DNA of 51,164 nt from Girardia tigrina (GCA_001938485.1 MQRK01206504.1:1-51164); one strand, 5' to 3'. Counted from the stretch's first letter, positions 22,560-35,665 are shown. Notes: generated by a model from the letters alone, not told the origin. Made by a program: numbers and translations.

Positions 22560-23150
22560 AAGGGACTTAATCAATAATTCCTCATTATCCAATCGTCCAT
22601 GTTTCTCAATTCATTTACAGAGATGACGAGACGTCTCTCCAATGTATGTGCATTGTACCCATTACATAACTATTGATAAACCTGATTACTTTTATTATCG
22701 ATTGATTTTAAAATAGATGTCAATTTTTGTAACCTTCTGAATAAGGAAATTTTAGCGTATATCCAACATTAGAATTTCCATTAGATAATTTATCAGCTTT
22801 TAATTCGTCCTTACCCTCATGTTCTTTATTCATTAATTTATCTATCGTTTCTCTAGTTTCTCTTAGTTTCTCTAAAAGTTATTTCGAATAACTTTTTTAT
22901 GCAAAAGTTCTTAGTTTATTTACTCTTACATCAGTTTTTTCATATGTTGATGACAGAGACTAACATCTAAATAATAAATATTTTATCATACTTCTTTCGT
23001 ACTTAGAAACTTTTAGTAGTGGTATATAACATTGTATCTGTTTTCTTTATAATATTAACTTCATTAAAATTTAAATAATAATAAAACGTAGATTCAACAG
23101 ATGATCGGAACTTAAATATGTCTATTAATTTGTTATAAGACAGAAAAATT
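22560..23150 (+). mobile_element. Highly decayed Penelope-like ORF 3' region
   Basis: Fragments LNKEI...FPL, LVY...SYV and ILTSLK...SINLL* resemble PLE thumb/GIY-YIG motifs; the CTGAAGA-containing repeat follows directly. Confidence 0.35.
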
Positions 23151-23151
23151 G

Positions 23152-23540
23152 TTGTTAATTAAGTCTGAAGATGGGGGAAAATGCGACAATCAAATTTAAT
23201 TTTTTGAATGGCGTTATTGATTTTAATGAAAACTTGTCTGTAGTGTCGGCAACCGGACCAAGTAGCGGCGACCAGCACCTCTTAGATGTGAAGATCACCG
23301 TGTCAGTTTGACGTCGTCCATGTGCCGATCGGGTCCAGTGACCATCATTCGATACGTCATCGGATGTCGGACCAGCGGACCTGCGTTTCGATCCCCAGTT
23401 GGCAATCGGTTCCGTTTCGGTTGATGATTGGTTCGATCAGTCGATCGATTTGTATTTCATCTGAGTACCGATACCTCGAGTGAGGTATAGGTCGGTCTGA
23501 ACCGGGCAGTTGCATTTTGTGAATCGCTCAAGGGAATCAA
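23152..23540 (+). repeat. GC-rich non-coding repeat (putative PLE pseudo-LTR/5' region)
   Basis: Homologous to 21049-21375; CTGAAGA at ~23165, with the GAAA half deleted. Confidence 0.7.
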
Positions 23541-23740
23541 AAAAATTATCAGTAAGAAGTAAAAAGGAAGACTTTTGTTGAGAAGTGTTTTATTTATTCG
23601 ACATTTAAAAATTTAAAAGTGTGACATAATAAACATATTTGTTTAATTTGATTAAACAAGAGTTTTTTTTTATATCGGTCGTTTGACCGAAACACCATAT
23701 TGCCATTATTTTTTTAATTTCTTAATAAGAATTTATACAC

Positions 23741-24148
23741 TGTTTTTCATTTTAAATTTAATTTTTTTCATTTTAAATTGAGATTTATATTTTGATTTGA
23801 GTTTTTTTATTTATATTAGCGATTTTTGATTTAGATTTGAAATTTGATTTTTTTAAGATTTCAAACTTTTGATTTGAATTCGAAAATTTTTTGAAATTAT
23901 ATTTATAATTTTAATGCACTATTTTTGTAAATTCTGTTTTTCATTTTAATGTTTTTCATTTTAAATTTAATTTTTTTCATTTTAAATTGAGATTTTTATT
24001 TTGATTTGAGTTTTTTTATTTATATTAGCGATTTTTGATTTAGATTTGGAATTTGATTTTTTTAAGATTTCAAACTTTTGATTTGAATTCGAAAATTTTT
24101 TGAAATTATATTAATAATTTTAATGCACTATTTTTGTAAATTCTGTAA
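23741..24148. repeat. Tandem duplication of a ~209-bp T-rich unit
   Basis: 23741-23949 is repeated at 23950-24148 with few mismatches. Confidence 0.85.
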
Positions 24149-24379
24149 TTATCATTATGATTATACTCGTTCTTGCGTAATTGTATGAGGTTTTGTCAAT
24201 TTTATCATTTTTATCAAGTTTTATTTTACAGTGGATTGATATAAATATTGCTACTGAGTATATTCTTCATTCCTGTATAACCCATATCATCTCGATTAAA
24301 AGAATATAATTTAAATAATAATTTTTTATGTATACACATTTTAATGTTTATTTTATTAGTTTTATATATTTATCTATAT

Positions 24380-25176
<797 letters not shown>

Positions 25177-25939
25177 ATCTACATATAACATTTATTTTAA
25201 TATTTTTAATTTATTTACATATAGTTTTATTATTTTTTAAGTCAAATTTATATTTAATTTCGAAAGATATTTTTCAAATTTTATTTCAATTTAAAATAAA
25301 AATCTGAATTTAAAATGAAAACCCTATATTCAATAATGATAAAAGAATAAAAAATCTGTTTGTATAAAATATTGAAAAAATTAACATAAATTAATGTTTT
25401 ATTTATAGTAGAAAATTTCCTCAAAAGGAAAATTTCAAAAGATTTTTAAATTATTTTAAATTAGAATTTTCATTTCGTTTTGTTGTGACAGGTAATTTAT
25501 ATATTTGATAATTTTTATTAGGGCACTTTTTATGTTAATATTCTCCAGATTTTATTAAAAACGAATTTTTAATTATGTAAAAATTCTAAATCCCATAAAA
25601 AATGAGTAAGAAGAACTTAGACCCTATTACCATTTAGAGGTACGTAATATGCAAACAAGCCCTATATATTAGTGTGATTTAAAATTTATTAAATTTGTCG
25701 AAACAAGCTTGACATGGAATAAATTTATTTAAAATAAAACATATTGCCGTAAAGAGGATTATAAAGCAAATTGTGATTAAACACAAATCACATAAATGTA
25801 AACAAGGTCAAGGATTATTTAATATTCGAGAAAATATTTTTTAGAAATATTCAGGGTTGCGATATTTTTAAATGTTTATATTATTATCATTTAAAAATAT
25901 TAAATTTTTAATAAAATCTAATTACAGTATTTTGTATTA

Positions 25940-26187
25940 CAATAGATACCGCTTAAAGAGAATATTTTTGGGACTTGAAAAAATGTTCTCTATAACCGAT
26001 ATTTCTCTTTAACAGATACTTTTTATAAGTATAATTTTTAAAAAAATATCAAAAAAAACTTTACTAATCAACACATTTATTTTTTAAAAATAAACTCAGT
26101 TATTTTTCACAAAGTTTATTTTTCAAAAAGTTCTCTTTAACCGATTTTATTCTCTTTAAGCAAGTTCTCTATAAGCGAAATCTACTG
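25940..26187. mobile_element. pogo/Tigger-like MITE
   Basis: Imperfect ~23-bp TIRs caatagataccgcttaaagagaa / ttctctataagcgaaatctactg flanked by TA; internal ttctctwtaa repeats. Confidence 0.6.
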
Positions 26188-27201
26188 TATTAAAAATATT
26201 GAGTAATTAACAAAAAACTATTAAAAAAATTATTTTAAACTATACCTACCTAAATTTATATCGAACAAAATGGTATTTTATTTTTTTCATTAAATTTTTT
26301 AAAAATATAATTTATCATTCTGAAATAGTTAATAATTTATTTAGTTTTTCGTTATAATGACGCGATTTTTGAGATTATTATTATTGAATTTTGTGATAAA
26401 TAAGAAATAAATTAATAACCTAATTATTTATTATTATTATTTAAAATAATATTAATTATTAATTATTTAAATTTTAAACATTTTTTAATGTTAAAAGGTA
26501 TTTCATAAAATAACATAATGTGAATAATAATAAAAATTGTTTTTTTTTCATCACCAAATTCAATTTTATCAATTAAATATACTAAATAAAATATTAAATG
26601 TTAAAAACAAAAAATTGAATTATTTTAGATTCATAAGTTTTTAAAATTAAAATTTATTATTTGGAATTTATTTTACATTTAACTTTAAAATCTTATTAAG
26701 TCATTTTAAATATTATTACTTATGATTAATTGTAAATTAATTTTAAATTTAAACAAATATTTTTAGATGTTAAAACGTGTTTTCTAAAATATTCAAATAT
26801 TCATATAAATAGTTTTTTGTAAAATATTTAGTACAAAATTGCATCAAAATATAGTCTTAATTTGATCAATTAAATTTCATAAATATTTTATTTTAAAAAT
26901 TTGAAAAAAAAGAATATTAATTACACTTGTTGTTTTCAATTGAAAAAAAACAAAATGGTCATTTATCCCTTTTGATTTTAAAAAATAGAAAAGATTAATG
27001 GCAAAAACTTGAATTTTACAACATTTATTTAAATCATATTTAATAAAAAAAATCCGAATTTAATAATAATTTTAAAAAATAAAAATTTATAATTTAAAAA
27101 TCAAATTAAATTTGTTTCTTAAATAAGAAATATTATTTTTAATAAATTTAAATCACAAAAACAATTTTTCAAATATTATAAAAAATACAATCAGTAATTA
27201 A

Positions 27202-28818
27202 ATGGATTCATTCGAAATAGAAAAAGGGAAATCAAAAATCGAAATTCTCGAAAGTTCAACTGAAAAATTTATTTGTCCTACATGTTGGAAATTCTCAACA
27301 AAAGATTCTTTAGAAATGTTTAAGCATCTTTTCGATGCTCACAGAACCGTCAAATTGGTCAGTTGTTGTTATTGTTGTCAGGACGTAAAAGCCAACACTC
27401 TCGTTCCCCACATCGACATTCATTTTAATCACAATAATCAATCGAAATTCCAATGTCGAAAATGTAAAGATTCGTTTGAGTTGAAAGACATTGAAAGTGT
27501 GATGGTTCACGTCTCGGCTTTCCACGACGACTCGATCCAATGTCCCATTTGTATGGCTGAATTTGTGGAAATGGAAGACCTCTATTACCATATAATGGGA
27601 GGATTAGAAACGCTTTACCACTGTGGGGATAATAATTGTTTTGTGAAGTCTCACAATAAAGAGTTGTTTATGAAACATTTACAGACGAAAAATCATCTTA
27701 AAAAAGATCGTTTTAAGGAAAAAATAGTAACATGTGGTCATAAATGGAACACAGAGCATTGTTGTACTGTCTTGGAAGTTAAGAAACCTAAAAAGAATGC
27801 TTTAATGAAGCAACTGTTTGAATCATTAGTTCAACCTATTCAACAGGTGGAGGATGATCATCAAGTTGTGGATTCTAAAAAGTCTGTAGTGGAATCTGTC
27901 TCCATTCAAAATGAATTGAACTCCAAATCAGAAGATTCCGACTGTGAAATTATAGATCCGGAGGTCATTGAAAATTCCAAGATAAAACAAACGACTCCAT
28001 CAACTGAAACGACAAATGTTTATCCTTTGAAATATTCAAAGCGAGTTCTAAGAAAACTTGTACCAAACATGAGTGAAGAAGGGTTTGAAGTTTTAAACAA
28101 TAAAATGCAAATGTACGAAACATATTCTTTTGGAGTGACATTTTTGAATAATAAAAGGTATTTTATATGTATGGACTGTAAATATAAATCAGACCATTCA
28201 TCGACCGATGTTCGGAAACATATTTTGGCGGTCCATTGTAATGTTGAAAACGTTTTTCACAAATTCTGTATTCAGTCCAACAAACTGGACAATGACTATC
28301 AATTATGCTCGGAGAAAAAAATGATTTCCTCAATAAACGAGTCTCGTAGGTTAGAGAAACGAAAGTCAGGATTTTCCCTAGGCCTGATTGAAGACAGTCA
28401 AAACGAAGATGAGGAAGCTCATGGAACGCCTTCAAAAAGAGCAAAAATCGTAGTTGATGCGACTCCAAATTCGCTGAAGAAAACGAAAAAAGAAGTTATT
28501 GAACTAAATTATTCCGAATCGGCCCTAAAACAATTTTGTGAAAAAGAAGGCGTTCAAGATCATTTTCTCGAACTAAATCGACAAATGCAAATTTATTCCA
28601 AATTTAAAGGCACATTTTTCTCGGAAAATTCAAAAAAACTGATTCAATGTTCTGGTTGTCAGGGTTTAAAATTCCGAAAGGCTTACGATTTTTGTCATCA
28701 TGTTATTGTAAATCATGCTCAAATCTCCCCACCACTTAGAAAGGTCGCCAAATGTTGTAGTCGGATGGATAGGTGGTACAACCTTCTTTCAGATGACGAA
28801 TTGATGAAATTTCAATGA
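27202..28818 (+). CDS. Intronless C2H2-type zinc-finger protein (538 aa)
   Basis: About five N-terminal CxxC...HxxxH fingers (CPTC, CYC, CRKC, CPIC, CGDNNC), two C-terminal extended fingers (CMDC, CSGC), NLS-like PSKRAK, and AATAAA at ~28889. Confidence 0.85.
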   Translation: MDSFEIEKGKSKIEILESSTEKFICPTCWKFSTKDSLEMFKHLFDAHRTVKLVSCCYCCQDVKANTLVPHIDIHFNHNNQSKFQCRKCKDSFELKDIESVMVHVSAFHDDSIQCPICMAEFVEMEDLYYHIMGGLETLYHCGDNNCFVKSHNKELFMKHLQTKNHLKKDRFKEKIVTCGHKWNTEHCCTVLEVKKPKKNALMKQLFESLVQPIQQVEDDHQVVDSKKSVVESVSIQNELNSKSEDSDCEIIDPEVIENSKIKQTTPSTETTNVYPLKYSKRVLRKLVPNMSEEGFEVLNNKMQMYETYSFGVTFLNNKRYFICMDCKYKSDHSSTDVRKHILAVHCNVENVFHKFCIQSNKLDNDYQLCSEKKMISSINESRRLEKRKSGFSLGLIEDSQNEDEEAHGTPSKRAKIVVDATPNSLKKTKKEVIELNYSESALKQFCEKEGVQDHFLELNRQMQIYSKFKGTFFSENSKKLIQCSGCQGLKFRKAYDFCHHVIVNHAQISPPLRKVAKCCSRMDRWYNLLSDDELMKFQ

Positions 28819-29090
28819 AATGACGAACTACCTTACGACGAGCATGGAATTTTCCTAATAATTTTTTAGATTTTTCATTTTATATGTAAATAAAGATTTA
28901 ATATTAATTTGACTTTTCGTTTAAATTTATATTTTTATTCGGAAAATAAGAGATTTTACATGTAGTTTGAATTTATATGTCGTCCATTTGTATAAGTAGA
29001 AGGCTTTTTAATAAGACTATCAAAAATACTTTTAATTTTAATGTACTTATAAAAAGTTTAGATAATTTTGAAGAGTATTTTAGATATTTT

Positions 29091-29303
29091 TATGAATTTG
29101 ATCTTAATTTTTAAAAATATATTATATTTTAATGATAATAACAAAAATTCAAAGAAATGACGATTTTCTAGAAGCTCCCATTTTACTTTCAGATATATTT
29201 AATAGGAAAACGGGAGCTACTAGAAGATCACCATTTCCTTTGAATTTTTGTTATTATCATTAAAATATCTAATATATTTTTAAAAATTAAGATCAAATTC
29301 ATA
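29091..29303. repeat. Foldback/MITE-like palindrome, ~95-bp arms
   Basis: tatgaatttgatcttaatttttaaaaatatatt...gaagctcccatttt pairs with aaaacgggagctac...aatatatttttaaaaattaagatcaaattcata. Confidence 0.85.
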
Positions 29304-29861
29304 TACTTCCTCAAAAACTTTGTATACTTACCGTAATATATTTTATTACTACAGTGGTTTATTTATCAAATCCAAAATGATTTTAATTGAAATATCTGTA
29401 TTGGGGCCCATCAATAAATTTGAATTTGTTATCTTATCATAGAACTTTGTGGTAAAATTATTTTTTTGTCGATTTTTAGGTAAATTGCAATGGTTGGACA
29501 TTTTTGTCATTTGAAACATAAAAATCGTTAAAAAAATCAAATTTAAATATATTTACTTTTTCTTTATAAAACTTTTATTTTAAGTTTTTTTAATATAAAA
29601 TTTAATGCTTTTTCTGGTAAATTTTGTAAAATAATTGTAAATGTTATATCATATTCAAAGGAGGTTCTCCACTTCTCGTTATATTTAAGTCATTCAAGGA
29701 TGCTGTAAACAATATCACTAACACAAGACATCGATATGAAAAATTCGGTAATTTTTGTTTTTATTAGAAATATGGATTTAATTGATAAAAATAATTTTAT
29801 TTCATTATTATTTAACTCTTGTCAAATGAAGCAAAATAAAAAGTAGCGTGGTGATCTAATA

Positions 29862-30275
29862 CAGTGGTTCTCAACTAATTTAAAAACGCGGAACACAATT
29901 CACATGAATTTTTTTACGCGGAACACTGACAAAAAATTCATTGAAAAATTCTCTATCGAACGTATTATTTCGTTTNNNNNNNNNNNNNNNNNNNNNNNNN
30001 NNNNNNNNNNNNNNNNNNNNNNNNNNNNNNNNNNNNNNNNNNNNNNNNNNNNNNNNNNNNNNNNNNNNNNNNNNNNNNNNNNNNNNNNNNNNNNNNNNNN
30101 NNNNNNNNNNNNNNNNNNNNNNNNNNNNNNNNNNNNNNNNNNNNNNNNNNNNNNNNNNNNNNNGATTTGTATCTTAAATGCAAATTTAAAGATAAAATGT
30201 AGATATTTTCGCGGAACACTGAAAGCGGATTCGCGGAACACTGATGTGCCGCGGAACACGGGTTGAGAACCACTG
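29862..30275. mobile_element. hAT (Buster-type) MITE spanning an N gap
   Basis: TIR CAGTGGTTCTCAAC; perfect 8-bp TSD ATCTAATA; subterminal GCGGAACAC repeats. Confidence 0.9.
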
Positions 30276-30953
30276 ATCTAATACATTGCTGGCCATATGT
30301 GATTTCGAAGTTAATTACTATGTTTTCCTTATTTTTTTTATTTTTTCGTTTAGTTTTTAATTATTATTAAGAAAATAAAATATTTTTTACCATTTCATTT
30401 AATTTTTGTTAATATTATTAATATAAAAATATTTAAATGATTATCTACAAATGTTTATACTGTTTTTTGCAATTTTAATCCACTTCCTATAATGCTATGG
30501 TGCTGAAATTTTCAGGCTAATTGTATTTTTCTATAATGTATCTTTTGAACAAATCAAATGATCTCAAAAAGTTAATTTAATTATTTTTGCAAAAATCCTT
30601 TTACGATAAACATGTGAAATTCATAAAAATTTTTGACTTTTGTGATATTTAGAAGATATAAAATACTTTAAATAACCCGTTGTTGCGAGTTTCAAACGAA
30701 ATCTTTATTTAAATTTAAAATCGAATAACCACCAACATGGCTTTCATTTCTTAAAACAAATTTAATATTAATCTGTTCGTCATATCTCCTCTGTCTTCAT
30801 TTGAATTTGACTGGTCTCCGGATTCTTGCTTCTCGAGGTGGGTTCTGTCTCACAGTTTCATCGATCGCTTTTTCTACAACCCTCAATTCCGTAATTTACG
30901 GCTACGTTATTTGCGGTTCTCTTATTGGTGGGCTTTCGGACTCGGTCACATTA

Positions 30954-32559
30954 CTATCTTTTTGACTCAACAGGTCCGTTCAAATAATATCGTCCATAAT
31001 CGGATCTTGATATTGATTGTTGTATCTCAGCAGAGGGTTTTTTGGTTTCAACGATAGAGTTTAAAAGAGCGGTATTGACTTTCTTTTCGTCGACATTGTT
31101 CATATATTTTGACTGAACGAACACTTTTTGTTTTAACTTTTTTGAATGTCGAGTTACCATGGAATTCTCTTTATTTTCATCAAATGCTTCTAGAACTGTA
31201 CAACTCGGAGACGAATTAATCAATCGATTCGATTTGTAAGATAGGCCTTTGATTGGAGAAATGTATTTATCAAGACATTCTTGTAACGATAATTTGAGAC
31301 ATTCTTCGGCAAACTTCAAAGAATCCATATCTTTTTTACTTCGGAATAACTTGATGTCCTTATTATGAACCCATGATCTGCTAACGTCTTCATCGAGAAA
31401 TGTGACGTGATAATGACTAGAATCTTCAGATTTTTTATGACAGGCATAAAATTCCTTAGTATTTGGATCTTTATCAATAATAGCTGACCACCAACAAATT
31501 CCCGGACCATGTGCCCATACGATTGATCCCATCTGTAGTTCCGTCGATGTCATCTTAGAATCGCATGAATGATCGATTTGTAACTAATGCCAAGTGTCAC
31601 CTGTAACCCGATTTTTGTCACTTTCCTTATCGAACGTGTATTTGACAGTTGATTTATTTTGCAGATACACGTTTGGTGCCATCATTTTTAATTCATTCTC
31701 CAAATCCGTCTCCGCCGATTCCTCATTGAATGACCTTTTCGAATTTTTATCTTTTTTTTCGGTTTTCGAATTGATAAATTCTGATTGTCCACAGATTGCT
31801 CGCTCTGGTCGGTCAATACAACCATATTGTCCAGAACAGCTCCAATCGATTCTCGACTTGATTCCCCCAAATTAATCGATCGATTTTCCAGTGGTTTTTT
31901 AGATGGCGTTGAAGTGAAACAATATTTGAGATTGTTTTTAGAAGTCGGAGACGTTTTGTTGAGTGCTATTGACAGAAATTTGTGAATTATCGTAGTTATC
32001 TTTATTATTACTATTGTTATTGTATTTTTCTTTATTCGATTGATTGGAATTTTCTTTCGAATCGTTAGACACATCATCGGTTATCGATACATCGGCGAAT
32101 AAGTCGTCATGACTATGTTGAGACTGTTTATAAATGGAATCCATGGACGAGGAATTGCTGTCGATCAATAATTTCGCATTTATGAGACCGAATTTCAATG
32201 CAGATCCGTTTGGGATGTCGTAAATGACGTTTTCCCGTAATTCTGTGCCGTTTTTAAATGTATTCTTGGCCGACCTTGGCGAGATCCTTGATTTTATCAA
32301 TCGATTCATATTTCTCAAACTGCACACTGGTCTCAGACGATTTAACATTATTAAAATTTAAAAATTGTTTAATTGATATCAATTTAAATTTTATCTCATT
32401 AATTTTGTCATCCATCGAATTTAATTTGAACATTATTCGATCAAAATTATCTAAACTCTGAATTCCGCCATGAGATGTATTAAAATTGGAAATTTCAATT
32501 TGCAGTGATTCGATTGTGGAACTGTAGTTTTCACTAGAATCAATTATTGTATAATGCAT
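30954..32559 (-). pseudogene. Disrupted intronless gene: coiled-coil-like N-terminus, partial FHA domain, low-complexity linker, ZCWPW-type PWWP domain
   Basis: GSIVWAHGPGICWWSAIIDKDP...YHVTFLDEDVSRSWV matches ZCWPW1/2-type PWWP. Removing 4 nt near 32276-32279 restores IKDLGSAKNTFKNGTEL...Y.IPNGS.LKFG (FHA C-terminal half). At least 3 frameshifts and an in-frame TAG near 31584. Confidence 0.7.
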
Positions 32560-33259
32560 CAGTGATGTTTATTTTACTAGGACGTTCATTACGTTTCGTT
32601 TTGAATCATTATTCAATAAATATTTAACACGACTATAACACTTTTGCCTTTTATTGAATCGATAACTTTTGACCAATTATAATCGAGTTCGAGAAAACAC
32701 CGTTGTAAAATTTTTTATTTATAAAAAATTGTTTCATTAATTGCCAGAAAACATTTTTTATTAATTGTGACAAAAAAACCGTTTCAATTTAAATCGATCA
32801 ATATTGAATTTAATTACAAAGAATTGATTGAAAAATTTGTTCATTAAAATTGAAAAATTGTGACAATAGTCACGTATAATTAATGCATTATTTTATGCAT
32901 TAAAACAAAACTATTTTTACAAATTATCTTTTTTTACAAAACTTCCATTCTACCCCGACTATTTTTTACATTCCAATTTTAATAATAAAAAAACCGATTT
33001 AGATATCAGTAAACAACAATTTAAACTTTTTCACAAAAAGCAAGATTTAAAAAATATTTTAAAACATAATGTGTCAAAAAAAACTATAAAAAAGCGATCA
33101 ATTCACGATTTAACGAATTTTCAAAACAATATAATCGATCATTGAATGATAAAATTAATTTTTAGAACGAGGCAGCGCAAGAAATTAATTGGAACAAGCG
33201 ACAATCATCACAAAACCATATGAACGTGATGACCTCATATACATTTATATATATACTTA

Positions 33260-35665
33260 CAGTGTCGCTCAAATTAATCCGTCAGTACATTTTTTTCATA
33301 TTATTTAAATTTATACAAAATTTACAAAACCAACCATTCTTGAAATTTTACATGTAACTAACTTAAACATTGAGTCAATTTATCAATAAAAATATCTCAT
33401 AACAAATAAAAATTGAAATATTTATGTAAGATTTGCAATTTAATCTGTCATTACATCATATCAATAAAATTTTGTTTTTTTATTATACATGATACTGATC
33501 ATTTATATTATTTAATAAGATTCTGCCATTATGGGTACACCACTATCTTTCCGTGAAATAATTATTAAAAAATATCATGAGAAGAAGACAGATTCAAATT
33601 TCATTGGATTCTGATATCCATCGATCAACGATATCGGGTATCATAAAAAGATACAAAGAAACCGATCAAATTGGAGCGCAACGAAATGGAAAATGTGGTA
33701 GAAAAAGAAAACTATCTGATCGAATTGACAGGGCACTCGCGAAGCAAGCTTTGATAAATCCTAAAGCAACCTCAAGGAAAATACAAACTGCTGTTGGTTT
33801 GAATGCCATGAATGTGAGTCTTAATACCATCAAACGATCATTAATAAGAAGTGGTTTATCTTCATATCGACCTCTAACATCACCTTCACTATCTAAGCGC
33901 CAAAAAGATATACGATATAAATGGTGTAAATTGTACGAAAAGTGGGATGTTTTTCTTTGGAAGAAGGTAGAATCAATAATGGTTATATTACATAATATTT
34001 TTTTTCATTAAATTTTAGGTTCTTTTTTCCGATGAATCTGCTTTTGATATATGTCCTCCACGAGCACAATATATAAGAAAAATAAAAGGCCAACTAATTC
34101 AAAATGAACACACAAGGCAACATCGACCATTACTTAAACGAATTATGGTCTGGGGCTGCTTTTCAAAAGATGGAACAGGAGCCTTAGAAATAGTTGAAGG
34201 AACCATGAATTCAGAAAAGTACATAAATATCCTTAAAAAGAACCTGTTACCCTTAATGAATGAACGCCATTCCTTTGGGATTGATATTTTTCAGCAGGAT
34301 AATGCTGCGTGTCATAAGTCCAAACCTGTGACTTCATTTTATAGAAAGCCAGAACATTGCAGTTTTAAAATGGCCTCCATATAGCCCAGATCTCTCTCCA
34401 ATAGAGAATTTATGAGCTTTTGTCAAAAGAAAAGTTCACATTGTGCATATAAATACCAAAGAAGAACTCATAAATACAATAAAAGATATATGAAGCAATG
34501 ATCCGGACATTAAGGCTGCTTGTCATGGTCTCATTGAGGGTATGCCTCGACGAATTCAAGCTTGTATTGTCGCAAAAGGAGGACCCATAAAATATTAATA
34601 ACTCTTATTCGGTCTGTCTTTTTCTAATAAAATTTTATTAGGATTTTCATTGTCTCGGTTTCATAAACAATAATCTATATTATAAAAGCCCAAGTCACTC
34701 ACTGCCTGCTTCACTAACGCTGACGTAATAATTGTTGACGTAATAATAGTATTATTTGTTGAAAAATAAATGTGAAAAAATATCANNNNNNNNNNNNNNN
34801 NNNNNNNNNNNNNNNNNNNNNNNNNNNNNNNNNNNNNNNNNNNNNNNNNNNNNNNNNNNNNNNNNNNNNNNNNNNNNNNNNNNNNNNNNNNNNNNNNNNN
34901 NNNNNNNNNNNNNNNNNNNNNNNNNNNNNNNNNNNNNNNNNNNNNNNNNNNNNNNNNNNNNNNNNNNNNNNNNNNNNNNNNNNNNNNNNNNNNNNNNNNN
35001 NNNNNNNNNNNNNNNNNNNNNNNNNNNNNNNNNNNNNNNNNNNNNNNNNNNNNNNNNNNNNNNNNNNNNNNNNNNNNNNNNNNNNNNNNNNNNNNNNNNN
35101 NNNNNNNNNNNNNNNNNNNNNNNNNNNNNNNNNNNNNNNNNNNNNNNNNNNNNNNNNNNNNNNNNNNNNNNNNNNNNNNNNNNNNNNNNNNNNNNNNNNN
35201 NNNNNNNNNNNNNNNNNNNNNNNNNNNNNNNNNNNNNNNNNNNNNNNNNNNNNNNNNNNNNNNNNNNNNNNNNNNNNNNNNNNNNNNNNNNNNNNNNNNN
35301 AGGCAGTGAGGCAGGCAGTGAGTGACTTGGGCTTTTATAATATAAAAAAATTGAACCCCCGGCAAGAGAGGGCCGCGAAGCGGGCCGAGCGCGCTAGTGT
35401 AATTATAATTTAATAAATTTTTACAGAAATGATAAAATTTTATTGATATGACGTAATGACGGATTAAATTGAGCGACCAATTTTTTTGAAAATCTTACAT
35501 AAAAATTTCAATTTTTATTTGTTATGAGATATTTTTATTGATAAATTGACTCAATGTTTAAGTTAGTTACATGTAAAATTTCAAGAATGGTTGGTTTTGT
35601 AAATTTTGTATAAATTTAAATAATATGAAAAATAATGTACTGACGGATTAATTTGAGCGACACTG
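33260..35665 (+). mobile_element. Tc1 (DD34E) transposon with ~210-bp IR/DR-type TIRs; transposase is a pseudogene with a 52-nt intron
   Basis: TIR CAGTGTCGCTCAAATTAATCCGTCA at both ends, TA TSD. Exon 1 is HTH/GRKRK; intron 33967-34018 joins WKK|VLFSDES; FQQDNAACH...SPDLSPIE gives D34E after frameshift repair; two TGA stops at probable Trp positions. Confidence 0.92.
34674..35397 (+). mobile_element. Non-autonomous Helitron nested in Tc1 (interior mostly N)
   Basis: A|TC 5' end; 3' GC hairpin ggccgc-gaa-gcgggcc followed by CTAG|T; inverted copy of the 5' ~50 bp at ~35305-35344. Confidence 0.75.

Noticed and set aside
27310-28468. Antisense ORFs inside the zinc-finger gene (similarly inside 40065-42137 and the mariner)
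   Set aside because: Shadow frames of real coding sequence.
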